Below, in pieces: positions 1 to 7,153 of a stretch of 50,156 bases of DNA. Within the stretch, counting starts at the first letter, position 1. Each line of letters begins with the position of its first letter. The notes under the pieces were generated by a model that worked only from the letters and a program-made list of their open reading frames with translations, was not told where the DNA came from and did no database searches. This DNA comes from Nitrospinota bacterium (lineage in GTDB: Bacteria > Nitrospinota_A > UBA7883 > JACRGQ01), in assembly GCA_016194375.1 (NCBI GenBank), contig JACQBU010000026.1, positions 1-50,156 of the forward strand, read 5' to 3'. Both the position numbers and the translations under genes were made by a program.

Positions 1-57
1 GTTCTCCACGGAACACAACGTGTAGCGTTTATGAGAGTCAAATGCGATAATTTCCAT
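1..57 (-). CDS. First 19 codons of a transposase-like gene (IS110/DEDD-type N-terminus?); the gene runs off the left edge of the window
   Basis: Reverse-strand ATG at 57-55, with AGGAGG (complement of 64-69) 6 nt upstream. Translation is MEIIAFDSHKRYTLCSVEN. From memory, the A-F/L-D-S/A-H-K-R-Y start resembles IS110-family transposases. Only 19 residues are visible, so this is weak. Confidence 0.3.
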   Translation of the reverse strand, partial: MEIIAFDSHKRYTLCSVEN

Positions 58-254
58 AGTGCGCCTCCTTTTTCTTTGGTTTAGTGAATTGACACAACAA
101 TCCACTATAAGGGGGCGCGCTTTCATATAATCATTCCCACGGAAACGGGGCGCGGTCGTCTCCGCCCACCGCCCTCGTCCCCGAATGCGGAAATCCCGTG
201 AAGTTAAGGAAATTTATCCGGATTGAAAACTTGGTTAAAAAAGAAAGGAGAAAA

Positions 255-869
255 ATGAATCAGAGGAGTTTATTTTCTGGAATGAACTTGGCTATTTTCT
301 TCACCCTGGGGTTGATTGTTTTTACGCAACCGGCCCAAGCCCATTGCGACACCATGAACGGTCCCGTGGTATTAACGGCGATGAAGGCCCTGGAAAAAGG
401 TGATGCGACCTCCGTTCTCAAGTGGGTGAAAAAAGAGCATGAGGGGGAGATTCGCGATTTATTCAAGAAGACTCTGGCGGTGAGAAGCAAGGGCCCCGAG
501 GCCAAGGATCTGGCCGACCGATACTTCTTGGAAACCCTGGTAAGGCTTCACCGGGCGGGGGAGGGAGCCCCATATACCGGGCTTTCTGCAGAACCAGTGG
601 AACCCATCGTCGCCGCCGTAGACAAGTCCCTTGAAAACGGGTCGGCAGATCATTTGATTAAGCATGTTTCCGAGGAGGTTGCTTCCGGAATCCGTAAGCG
701 TTTTACCCTTGCCCTGGAGAAGAAAAAGCATTCTGACGAGAGCATAGACGCGGGGCGAGAATTTGTCGAAGCCTATGTCGAGTTTACCCACTATGTGGAA
801 AGGCTGTACGACGAAGCCAAAGGCGGCTCTGCGGAACACGGGAAAGTGGAAGCCCACCACAAACACTAA
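255..869 (+). CDS. Secreted protein of unknown function (DUF6448-like HCDTxxGPV N-terminus, His-rich C-terminus)
   Basis: ATG at 255 with GGAG at 247-250; the GTG at 198 in the track has no SD. Signal peptide MNQRSLFSGMNLAIFFTLGLIVFTQPAQA is followed by HCDTMNGPVV. The C-terminal tail is AEHGKVEAHHKH. Confidence 0.75.
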   Translation: MNQRSLFSGMNLAIFFTLGLIVFTQPAQAHCDTMNGPVVLTAMKALEKGDATSVLKWVKKEHEGEIRDLFKKTLAVRSKGPEAKDLADRYFLETLVRLHRAGEGAPYTGLSAEPVEPIVAAVDKSLENGSADHLIKHVSEEVASGIRKRFTLALEKKKHSDESIDAGREFVEAYVEFTHYVERLYDEAKGGSAEHGKVEAHHKH

Positions 870-1162
870 AGGAGAAAAATTAACCACTAGAGGTCGACTG
901 GGACGCCCGTATCGGCCGTGGGTTGGGGTAGGGCTTGAATTATTGACTTAATTTGAAACGGAAGCCAGGGCCCCGCTCACGACACCCTCCACCGCCACCC
1001 GCCCGCGGTGGGCACGCAGGATTGTGTGTGCTTTGGCGCGAAGCGACGAAAAAGGGTTGCCCCTTCGGGGCAACGTACACACAAGATTGCCTTCTTCGCC
1101 AAGATACGAACAGGACGAGAAGCGAGAGCGGATACGAGTGCCGATACGGCTAGGACGAGATT

Positions 1163-1210
1163 GGTAGGTGCGGCTTTAGCCGCACCGGTGCGAATAAATT
1201 CGCACCTACC
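1163..1210 (+). repeat. Double-hairpin palindromic repeat, copy 1 (48 nt)
   Basis: GGTAGGTGCGG-CTTTAG-CCGCACC-GGTGCGAA-TAAA-TTCGCACCTACC. There are two adjacent stem-loops, and the outer 10 nt (GGTAGGTGCG / CGCACCTACC) are also complementary. A near-identical copy lies at 36747-36797. Confidence 0.85.
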
Positions 1211-1364
1211 TACGCAGGACCAGAACCGGCAAGGGGGAAGCCCATTGTCATAGTAAAATTTTCTCGGGCGACGCCCGTTTGGACAAGCCAAAAAATGCCC
1301 TACCCCGGGGTGAAATTGCAACTTCACAAATCATCCAAATCAGTCCATCCTTATAACAGAGGCA

Positions 1365-3320
1365 ATGATGGACAAGCATCAAAATGTTCCGTGGCTGGAG
1401 CGGTCGGCCGAGAAAATTATTGACGCCGCCCTGCCGGGCGACGGGCGTCTTTTGCTTTTCGGCGAGACCGGCTCCGGCAAGTCAACCCTCGCGCTTGAAC
1501 TGGAGCGCGCCATGCGCGGCAAGGGAAGAACCCCCTTTTTACTAAGCGCTGACCCGGGTTCGCCTTCCTTCGGCCTTCCGGGCGCGGTCACCCTCGCCCG
1601 GCGCCGCGGCGACATATGGACCGTCGCCGGGATGGAGGCGTTGTGCAGTCTGGACGCCGCCCGCTTCCGCATGCCTCTGGTTTCGGCGGTCGGCAGGCTC
1701 ACTCGCAAGGCCGCCTCCGCCCCCTTGATACTCGACGCGCCCGGCGTCGTTCGCGGCGTGGCCGGGGCGGAGCTTCTGCTCGGCCTTGCGGAGACTGCGG
1801 ACGTCGACGTCGTGCTATTGCTTGTCCGCAAAGGTGAACCGCCGCCGCTGTCGAACGAACTAAGGTCAATTTCCCAAAAACTGTTTTTTGTGGAGGCGGC
1901 GGCGGAGGCGCACAGCCCGACAAGACGGTTGCGCGAGAGAAGCCGCACCAAACTTTGGGACGAGTATCTGGCGGACGCGCAAGAGCGAACCTTTGACCTT
2001 GGGAGCATAAACCTTCTGGGCACTCCGCCCCCTTTGGACGTAAAAGAGGCGTGGCCGGGCCGGCAGGCGGCTCTGCTGGACGACCGGCAGAACACCGTCG
2101 CGTTTGCCGAGGTGTCGGCGTTGGGGAACGGGTACATAAAGGTCAGAACGCCGCCGTCGCAAAAGGAGTTTTTCGCGTTGCTCGTCCGCGACGCGCAACG
2201 CGACAGCCGGGGGTTCCTAAGCACGGCAAGGCTGTTGGAAAAAGAGGCCGTGAGGTACGCGCCCCCGCCCGACATGTGCTCACCGCCGGAGTACGCGCAC
2301 GTGACGGGGCCGCGCCCGGTGGGGCACGTCGGCGCCGCCACCGCCACGCTGGTAAACGGCGTTTTTGGCGACCCGTTGTTGCACCTGAGAATGCGGAGGG
2401 AAAAGCGGAGCATTCTTGTCGACCTGGGGGAGGCCGGGCGGCTTCCGGCGCGGATAGCGCACCAGGTGTCCGACGTGTTCATCAGCCACGCGCACATAGA
2501 CCACGTCGGGGGGTTCGTCTGGTTGCTCCGTTCGCGCATCGGCTATTTGCCGACCTGCCGTGTCTTCGGCCCCCCGGGGCTTGGGGAAAACATCCTCGGG
2601 ATGGTCCGCGGGATTCTTTGGGACCGCATCGGCGACCGCGGGCCGAGCTTCGAGGTTTCGGAACTGCGCGGCGACCGCCTTCTGACGCGGATGATAGAAG
2701 CGGGAAGGGACGAAGCCGGGCCGGTGGTCGAACGGCAGATAAAGAACGGCGTCCTCGTGGAAGAAAAAGATTTTCTGGTGCGCGCGGCGACGCTCGACCA
2801 TCGCACGCCGGTGCTGGCCTTCGCGTTCGAGTCGGCGATGAAGATAAACGTGCGCAAGGAGGCGCTGGAGCGTAAGGGTTGGGCGCCGGGGCCATGGCTG
2901 GGGGAGTTGAAAAACCGCGTTTACGACGACGACCGGGAGGCGGTGATCACCACGCCGGACGGCGGCAGGGAGAAGGCGGGCAGGCTGGCCGACGAGTTTT
3001 TGCTTATATCCCCCGGGGAAAAACTCGCGTACGCGGTGGACTTTGGAAACACGCCGGAAAACCGCAGGCGGGTGGAGGGGCTTGCCAAGTCCGCCCACAC
3101 CTTCTTTTGCGAGGCGGCGTTCGCGGAGGCGGACGGCGACATGGCGGAAAAATACCGGCACATGACAGCGCGCGGATGCGGCGAGATTGCGACCGCCGCG
3201 GGGGTCGGGCGGCTAATCCCCTTCCACCACTCCAAAAGGTATGAAAAGGAGCCGGAACAAATCTATAAGGAGATTCGCGCGGTGTGTTCAAGGGTGGCCG
3301 TGCCGAAGTTCCCGGGATGA
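1365..3320 (+). CDS. Fusion protein: Clp1/Grc3-like P-loop polynucleotide kinase domain + RNase Z-like metallo-beta-lactamase domain
   Basis: 651-aa ORF. The N-terminus has Walker A LLLFGETGSGKSTLALEL, then SADPGSPSFGLPGAV and LILDAPGVVRG (Clp1_P-like layout). The C-terminal half has the MBL motif ISHAHIDHVGG plus later His/Asp ligands (LDHRTP, IPFHHS). Confidence 0.8.
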   Translation: MMDKHQNVPWLERSAEKIIDAALPGDGRLLLFGETGSGKSTLALELERAMRGKGRTPFLLSADPGSPSFGLPGAVTLARRRGDIWTVAGMEALCSLDAARFRMPLVSAVGRLTRKAASAPLILDAPGVVRGVAGAELLLGLAETADVDVVLLLVRKGEPPPLSNELRSISQKLFFVEAAAEAHSPTRRLRERSRTKLWDEYLADAQERTFDLGSINLLGTPPPLDVKEAWPGRQAALLDDRQNTVAFAEVSALGNGYIKVRTPPSQKEFFALLVRDAQRDSRGFLSTARLLEKEAVRYAPPPDMCSPPEYAHVTGPRPVGHVGAATATLVNGVFGDPLLHLRMRREKRSILVDLGEAGRLPARIAHQVSDVFISHAHIDHVGGFVWLLRSRIGYLPTCRVFGPPGLGENILGMVRGILWDRIGDRGPSFEVSELRGDRLLTRMIEAGRDEAGPVVERQIKNGVLVEEKDFLVRAATLDHRTPVLAFAFESAMKINVRKEALERKGWAPGPWLGELKNRVYDDDREAVITTPDGGREKAGRLADEFLLISPGEKLAYAVDFGNTPENRRRVEGLAKSAHTFFCEAAFAEADGDMAEKYRHMTARGCGEIATAAGVGRLIPFHHSKRYEKEPEQIYKEIRAVCSRVAVPKFPG

Positions 3321-5570
3321 TGACCTTGGAATCATCACGGCGGCGGCGAGGTAAAGAAGGGACGCCGCCAACAGCGCGCCGCTAAAGCCGGCAAAATACG
3401 CCAGCAACGGGGCCGAGGCCGCCCCGACCACGGAGGCGAACCCGTTGGCCGCCATGCACCAGGGGACGGAGGGGTTCGACCGTTCGCCAATCTCGCGAAG
3501 CGCGAGAGGATAGGGGACGCCCATGGAAAATCCGCAAACCGAGACGATTGAAAGGAAAATTAATCCGTCGCTTATCGCCGACCGGGTGGTCGCGTATCCC
3601 CAGTATTTGAGGCAGACGGCGGCAAGGCCGACCAATCCGGCGACAGCCGCCGGAACAAAAAATCCAGTCTTCAACCTTTTGCTAAAAAGCCCGCCAAGCG
3701 CCGACGTGCCAAGGAGGACCGGTATGACGAGTGCGGCGGCGTTCACGGCCCCGCCCAGGTAGAGTATCCCCTTCTGTATAAAAGCCACCTCCACCATCAT
3801 GAAGCCGGCGCCTAGCATCAGGAAGTAAAACAGGTCGCCGAATGGCGTCGCCTTTCCATTACGCCCCCTTGCCGCCAGCGGCAGGACGAGCAAAACGAGC
3901 GAGAACAACCCCGCCTGAAACAGGATGACGACGTCCATTCCGCCGCCGGTTAGGACCGGCAACCACCTCCCTTCCAGCGCGCGCACCGTTTCGGGAAGTT
4001 TTGAAATGCGGACGTAGTTCTCGAAAAATGGCGAATCCACGGAGGCGGGGGACGTGTTGAAAAGCGCTTCCTCACGGGAGCGTAATTTACGCACCGCGTC
4101 GTAATAGACCGGCTCCTTAAATATGTTGTGTCGGTTTGTGTCTTCTTTTCGCAAGCCCGGATAGTAAACGGGGTCCAGCGAGAGTTCGTCCGCTATCGAC
4201 GCCAGGTTTTTAACGTCGCTTCCCGCGAAGCCCCCCTTTTTATAGACCACGTGAAACGTTCCCCAGGATCGGAAAGCCGCCGTGTTTTGCCATCCCGATG
4301 GCTCCATTTCGGCGATGAGGCGCAAAAGGCGGGTTTCGCCCCGTGGCGGCGGAAGAAGCGGGACGGAGGCGGCGAGAATCCCCCCGTCGTTTAACTTCTC
4401 GAGGCAAAGCCTCATGAACTGCGTGGTGAGAAGGTAGTTCTCCGACAGCACGCTCGTGCCGACGCCCTCGCCTACGGAGACGACGGGGACGGAGATGAGG
4501 TCGTATGCGCCGGAGGAGCCGTAGAGGTGGAGCCTCGGGTTCCCGCCCGTCAGTTCATAGCGCCCCTTGCCGCTCTTCTCTATGGCTTTTACGAGAATTT
4601 TTTTCTCCTCAAGAATTTTTACGGAGCCCGCCCCGAGGCGGACGGCGGCCTCCGCCTCGGTGATTCCGTTCGCGCCGATTATCAGCGTTTTTCCCGGCCT
4701 TTGAAACCGGTAGGGCAGGGTCGAGGGGAGGTGGAGCAGGTAATCGGACGGCTTGTGTGGAAGAACGGCGTAAAGTCCGCCGTTGAAGAATATCCCCGTG
4801 CCGGTCGGAACGGCCTCCCCGAAGGCGGGGTCGAGGCCGGGGGCGTGCCGCAGGTAGGGGGAGGCGACCGTATCCACCCTCCCCTCGGGGCCCCGGATTG
4901 AATCCAATATCCTGAAATTTCCATACATCTCGTACTGGGACAGCTCCTTGTACAGCGAGATTTTGGGGGCGAGGAAGGGAGACGTCAGAAGCATCACCGC
5001 AACTCCAAGCGCGGCCTTCCACTTTATCGAGGCAGTCCGCCCAAGCAGGACTGACGCCGCGACCGCCGAAAGCGCGCACAGGAGCGTCGGAAGGTTCTTA
5101 TAGTGGGAGGCGAAGAGCCACAAGGCCCCTCCCGCCGCCGCGCCCGCCATGTCCGCAAAATAAACCTTCCACGCGAAGGCCGAATGTTTTTTCATTATTC
5201 CGGTGAGCACGAGCGACGACAGGAAAAAGGGGACGCCAAAGAGCGGGTAATACGCGAAAAGGCGGAGGAGTTCCCATACGTCCCATTCAAGCCTTACGGG
5301 GTCGAACGACACGAAGCCGGACAGGGCCGTGGTCGCCGGGTACGAGAGACCCAAAAGGAGCGCCCCGTGCTCCCATTTTATTTTTTCCAAAAACGCTGGG
5401 AAGAGGCTGAGAAGAACCCCGGCGAAGCCGAGGCCGAGCATGGCGGTCGAGACGACCAGCGATGCAAAGTGGTGCCCGGTGGTGAGGACGAACCTCGAAG
5501 CGAGGTCAATCTCGAAGAGAAGCGTGGAAAGCGTCGTCAGGAAGATTCCGGCGAGCGTTTTCCCGCTCAC
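3288..5570 (-). CDS. Polytopic membrane protein with an embedded spermidine-synthase-like (class I methyltransferase-fold) domain
   Basis: 760-aa ORF with many hydrophobic helices at both ends. The central soluble region (…KTLIIGANGITEAEAAVRLGAGSVKILEEKK…, …YDLISVPV…) has the fused membrane/spermidine-synthase architecture. It is convergent with the upstream gene and overlaps it by 33 nt. Confidence 0.7.
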   Translation of the reverse strand: MSGKTLAGIFLTTLSTLLFEIDLASRFVLTTGHHFASLVVSTAMLGLGFAGVLLSLFPAFLEKIKWEHGALLLGLSYPATTALSGFVSFDPVRLEWDVWELLRLFAYYPLFGVPFFLSSLVLTGIMKKHSAFAWKVYFADMAGAAAGGALWLFASHYKNLPTLLCALSAVAASVLLGRTASIKWKAALGVAVMLLTSPFLAPKISLYKELSQYEMYGNFRILDSIRGPEGRVDTVASPYLRHAPGLDPAFGEAVPTGTGIFFNGGLYAVLPHKPSDYLLHLPSTLPYRFQRPGKTLIIGANGITEAEAAVRLGAGSVKILEEKKILVKAIEKSGKGRYELTGGNPRLHLYGSSGAYDLISVPVVSVGEGVGTSVLSENYLLTTQFMRLCLEKLNDGGILAASVPLLPPPRGETRLLRLIAEMEPSGWQNTAAFRSWGTFHVVYKKGGFAGSDVKNLASIADELSLDPVYYPGLRKEDTNRHNIFKEPVYYDAVRKLRSREEALFNTSPASVDSPFFENYVRISKLPETVRALEGRWLPVLTGGGMDVVILFQAGLFSLVLLVLPLAARGRNGKATPFGDLFYFLMLGAGFMMVEVAFIQKGILYLGGAVNAAALVIPVLLGTSALGGLFSKRLKTGFFVPAAVAGLVGLAAVCLKYWGYATTRSAISDGLIFLSIVSVCGFSMGVPYPLALREIGERSNPSVPWCMAANGFASVVGAASAPLLAYFAGFSGALLAASLLYLAAAVMIPRSSSRELRHGHP

Positions 5571-6280
5571 CGAAGCGCGCCGCCGGTCATCGGGACGAAC
5601 CTGACCGGGATGGAGTAGCGCACTTCGACTTTGTTCCCGCGTTTGGTGACGACCGCCAGCGTCTGGAAGAGGAAGGATTTCGAGAGCGGCAGGACCAACT
5701 TTCCCCCCTCCTTAAGCTGTCTGACCAGCGGCGGGGGAATATGGTCGACCGCCGCCGTGATCATTATCGCGGCAAACGGCCCTTTCCCCTCCCATCCGTA
5801 ATAGCCGTCCCCCGCCCGCGCATGCACGTTTTTATACCCTCCCTCGTTCAGTCGGGCGGCGCTGCTTTTGTGAAGGACGGGCTTTATCTCGATCGTGTAG
5901 ACCTCGCCGCAGAGGTGGGAAAGGACCGCCGCCTGATAACCCGAACCGGTGCCTACCTCAAGGACCCTTTCGTCCCCCTTCAGCTCCAAAAGCTCGCTCA
6001 TAAACGCCACGATATAAGGCTGGGAGATCGTCTGCCCCTCTCCTATGGGCAACGGCCTGTCGTAATAAGCCTCGGGAACGGACCAAAAAGGGACGAACAG
6101 GTGTCTGGGAACGGTTTTCATCGCCCGGATGACCCGGGGATCCCTGACGCCCCTTCCGACGATCTGGCTTTCGACCATGTCGTTCCTTTCGGCGGCATAA
6201 TCGGCGGCCCGGGAGGCGGGGGGCGCAAGGAGGAGCACCGAGAAAAATAGGATGAGCCATTGGGAAAAAAACCTTCCCAT
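5567..6280 (-). CDS. pcm: Protein-L-isoaspartate O-methyltransferase (with N-terminal signal/anchor)
   Basis: Motifs QTISQPYIVAFM and VLEVGTGSGYQAAVLSHL are characteristic of PCMT. The N-terminus MGRFFSQWLILFFSVLLLAPPASRA is hydrophobic. There is a 4-nt overlap with the downstream gene. Confidence 0.9.
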   Translation of the reverse strand: MGRFFSQWLILFFSVLLLAPPASRAADYAAERNDMVESQIVGRGVRDPRVIRAMKTVPRHLFVPFWSVPEAYYDRPLPIGEGQTISQPYIVAFMSELLELKGDERVLEVGTGSGYQAAVLSHLCGEVYTIEIKPVLHKSSAARLNEGGYKNVHARAGDGYYGWEGKGPFAAIMITAAVDHIPPPLVRQLKEGGKLVLPLSKSFLFQTLAVVTKRGNKVEVRYSIPVRFVPMTGGALR

Positions 6281-6377
6281 GGCTTATTTTCTCAACTACC
6301 CTTTTCCCATGCAAGTCATTTTATAAAGTCAGGTTTTGAATTTCGGAATCCGGAATAAAGCGCGATAGAATACGTCC

Positions 6378-7151
6378 GTGGCAAACAAGGACGCTCCCGC
6401 ATCCGCCCCCGGCCTGGCCGTGGTGATACTCGCCGCAGGGCGGGGCAAGCGCATGAAATCCGACCTGCCCAAGGTGCTCCACCCGCTCGGCGGCAGGACG
6501 CTCGTCGAGCGCGTGGTCGACGTCGCGCGTGAAATCTCCCCGGACAAAATCGTCGTCGTCGTCGGCCACAAGGGGGGCATGGTGAGGGAGGCGCTGGGCG
6601 GGGCCAGCGTAATCTTCGCCGAACAAGAGGAGCAGTGGGGCACGGCCCACGCCGTCTCGACGGCCTTGGAGTCCCTGCGCGGGTTTGCCGGAAAAATCGT
6701 GGTGTTGTCCGGCGACGTTCCGCTTATGGACTCCTCCACCCTGCGGGCGCTCGTAAAACTGCGTGACGACGAAGGCTCCGGCGTGGCGCTCGTCACGGCG
6801 GACGCGGAAAATCCCTTCGGATACGGAAGGATAATACGGTCGCCGGACGGGCGTGTGGAGGCGGTCGTGGAGGAGCGGGACGCCACCGAGGCGCAGAAGG
6901 CGGTCCGTGAGATTAACGCCGGGACTTACGTTTTCGAGTCCGGATTCCTGCGCCGGGCCCTCGCACAGATAAAACCGGACAACGACCAGGAGGAGTACTA
7001 CCTTACCGACGTCGTCAAGATTGCGCTGGCGGAATGGGTGCGGGTTTCGGCGCTCAAGGCCCCGGATTTCAGCCGCGTCATGGGCGTCAACAGGCCGGAG
7101 GAGCTCGAGGCGTTGGAAGCCCTGCATCACAAAACCGGAAAGGCGAATTAG
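6378..7151 (+). CDS. glmU: UDP-N-acetylglucosamine pyrophosphorylase domain only (GlmU N-terminal domain, no LbH acetyltransferase domain)
   Basis: GTG start. VVILAAGRGKRMKSDLPKVLHPLGG is the GlmU nucleotide-binding signature. The protein ends after the helical arm (…GVNRPEELEALEALHHKTGKAN) at 257 aa, with no hexapeptide repeats. Confidence 0.8.
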   Translation: MANKDAPASAPGLAVVILAAGRGKRMKSDLPKVLHPLGGRTLVERVVDVAREISPDKIVVVVGHKGGMVREALGGASVIFAEQEEQWGTAHAVSTALESLRGFAGKIVVLSGDVPLMDSSTLRALVKLRDDEGSGVALVTADAENPFGYGRIIRSPDGRVEAVVEERDATEAQKAVREINAGTYVFESGFLRRALAQIKPDNDQEEYYLTDVVKIALAEWVRVSALKAPDFSRVMGVNRPEELEALEALHHKTGKAN

Positions 7152-7153
7152 GG

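Noticed and set aside
977-1327. 116-aa minus-strand ORF, plus the 66-aa and 81-aa + strand ORFs in the 950-1330 region
   Set aside because: They are built from palindromic repeats: the same hairpins translate in both directions. The peptide …APVRINSHLP… recurs at 36780 only because the DNA repeat recurs.
1379-2539. 386-aa minus-strand ORF, plus the other antisense ORFs at 1616-3291
   Set aside because: These are Arg/Ser/Pro/Ala-rich shadow frames of a high-GC gene, with no recognisable motifs. The + strand ORF has clear P-loop and MBL motifs.
6281-6377. glmS ribozyme or other riboswitch upstream of the hexosamine operon, and before 10211
   Set aside because: The intergenic spaces are 97 nt and 4 nt, and I see none of the conserved glmS-ribozyme core. 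The element is also mainly found in Gram-positives.
6321-7130. 269-aa minus-strand ORF antisense to the GlmU-domain gene
   Set aside because: Shadow ORF with Arg/Gly/His-rich composition and no domain signature.
7034-7153. 40-codon N-terminal extension of the GlmS-like ORF
   Set aside because: It overlaps the 3' end of the GlmU-domain gene and has junk-like composition. Ntn amidotransferases must start at the residue after Met1, and the M-S-G-I start at 7154 aligns with M-C-G-I.
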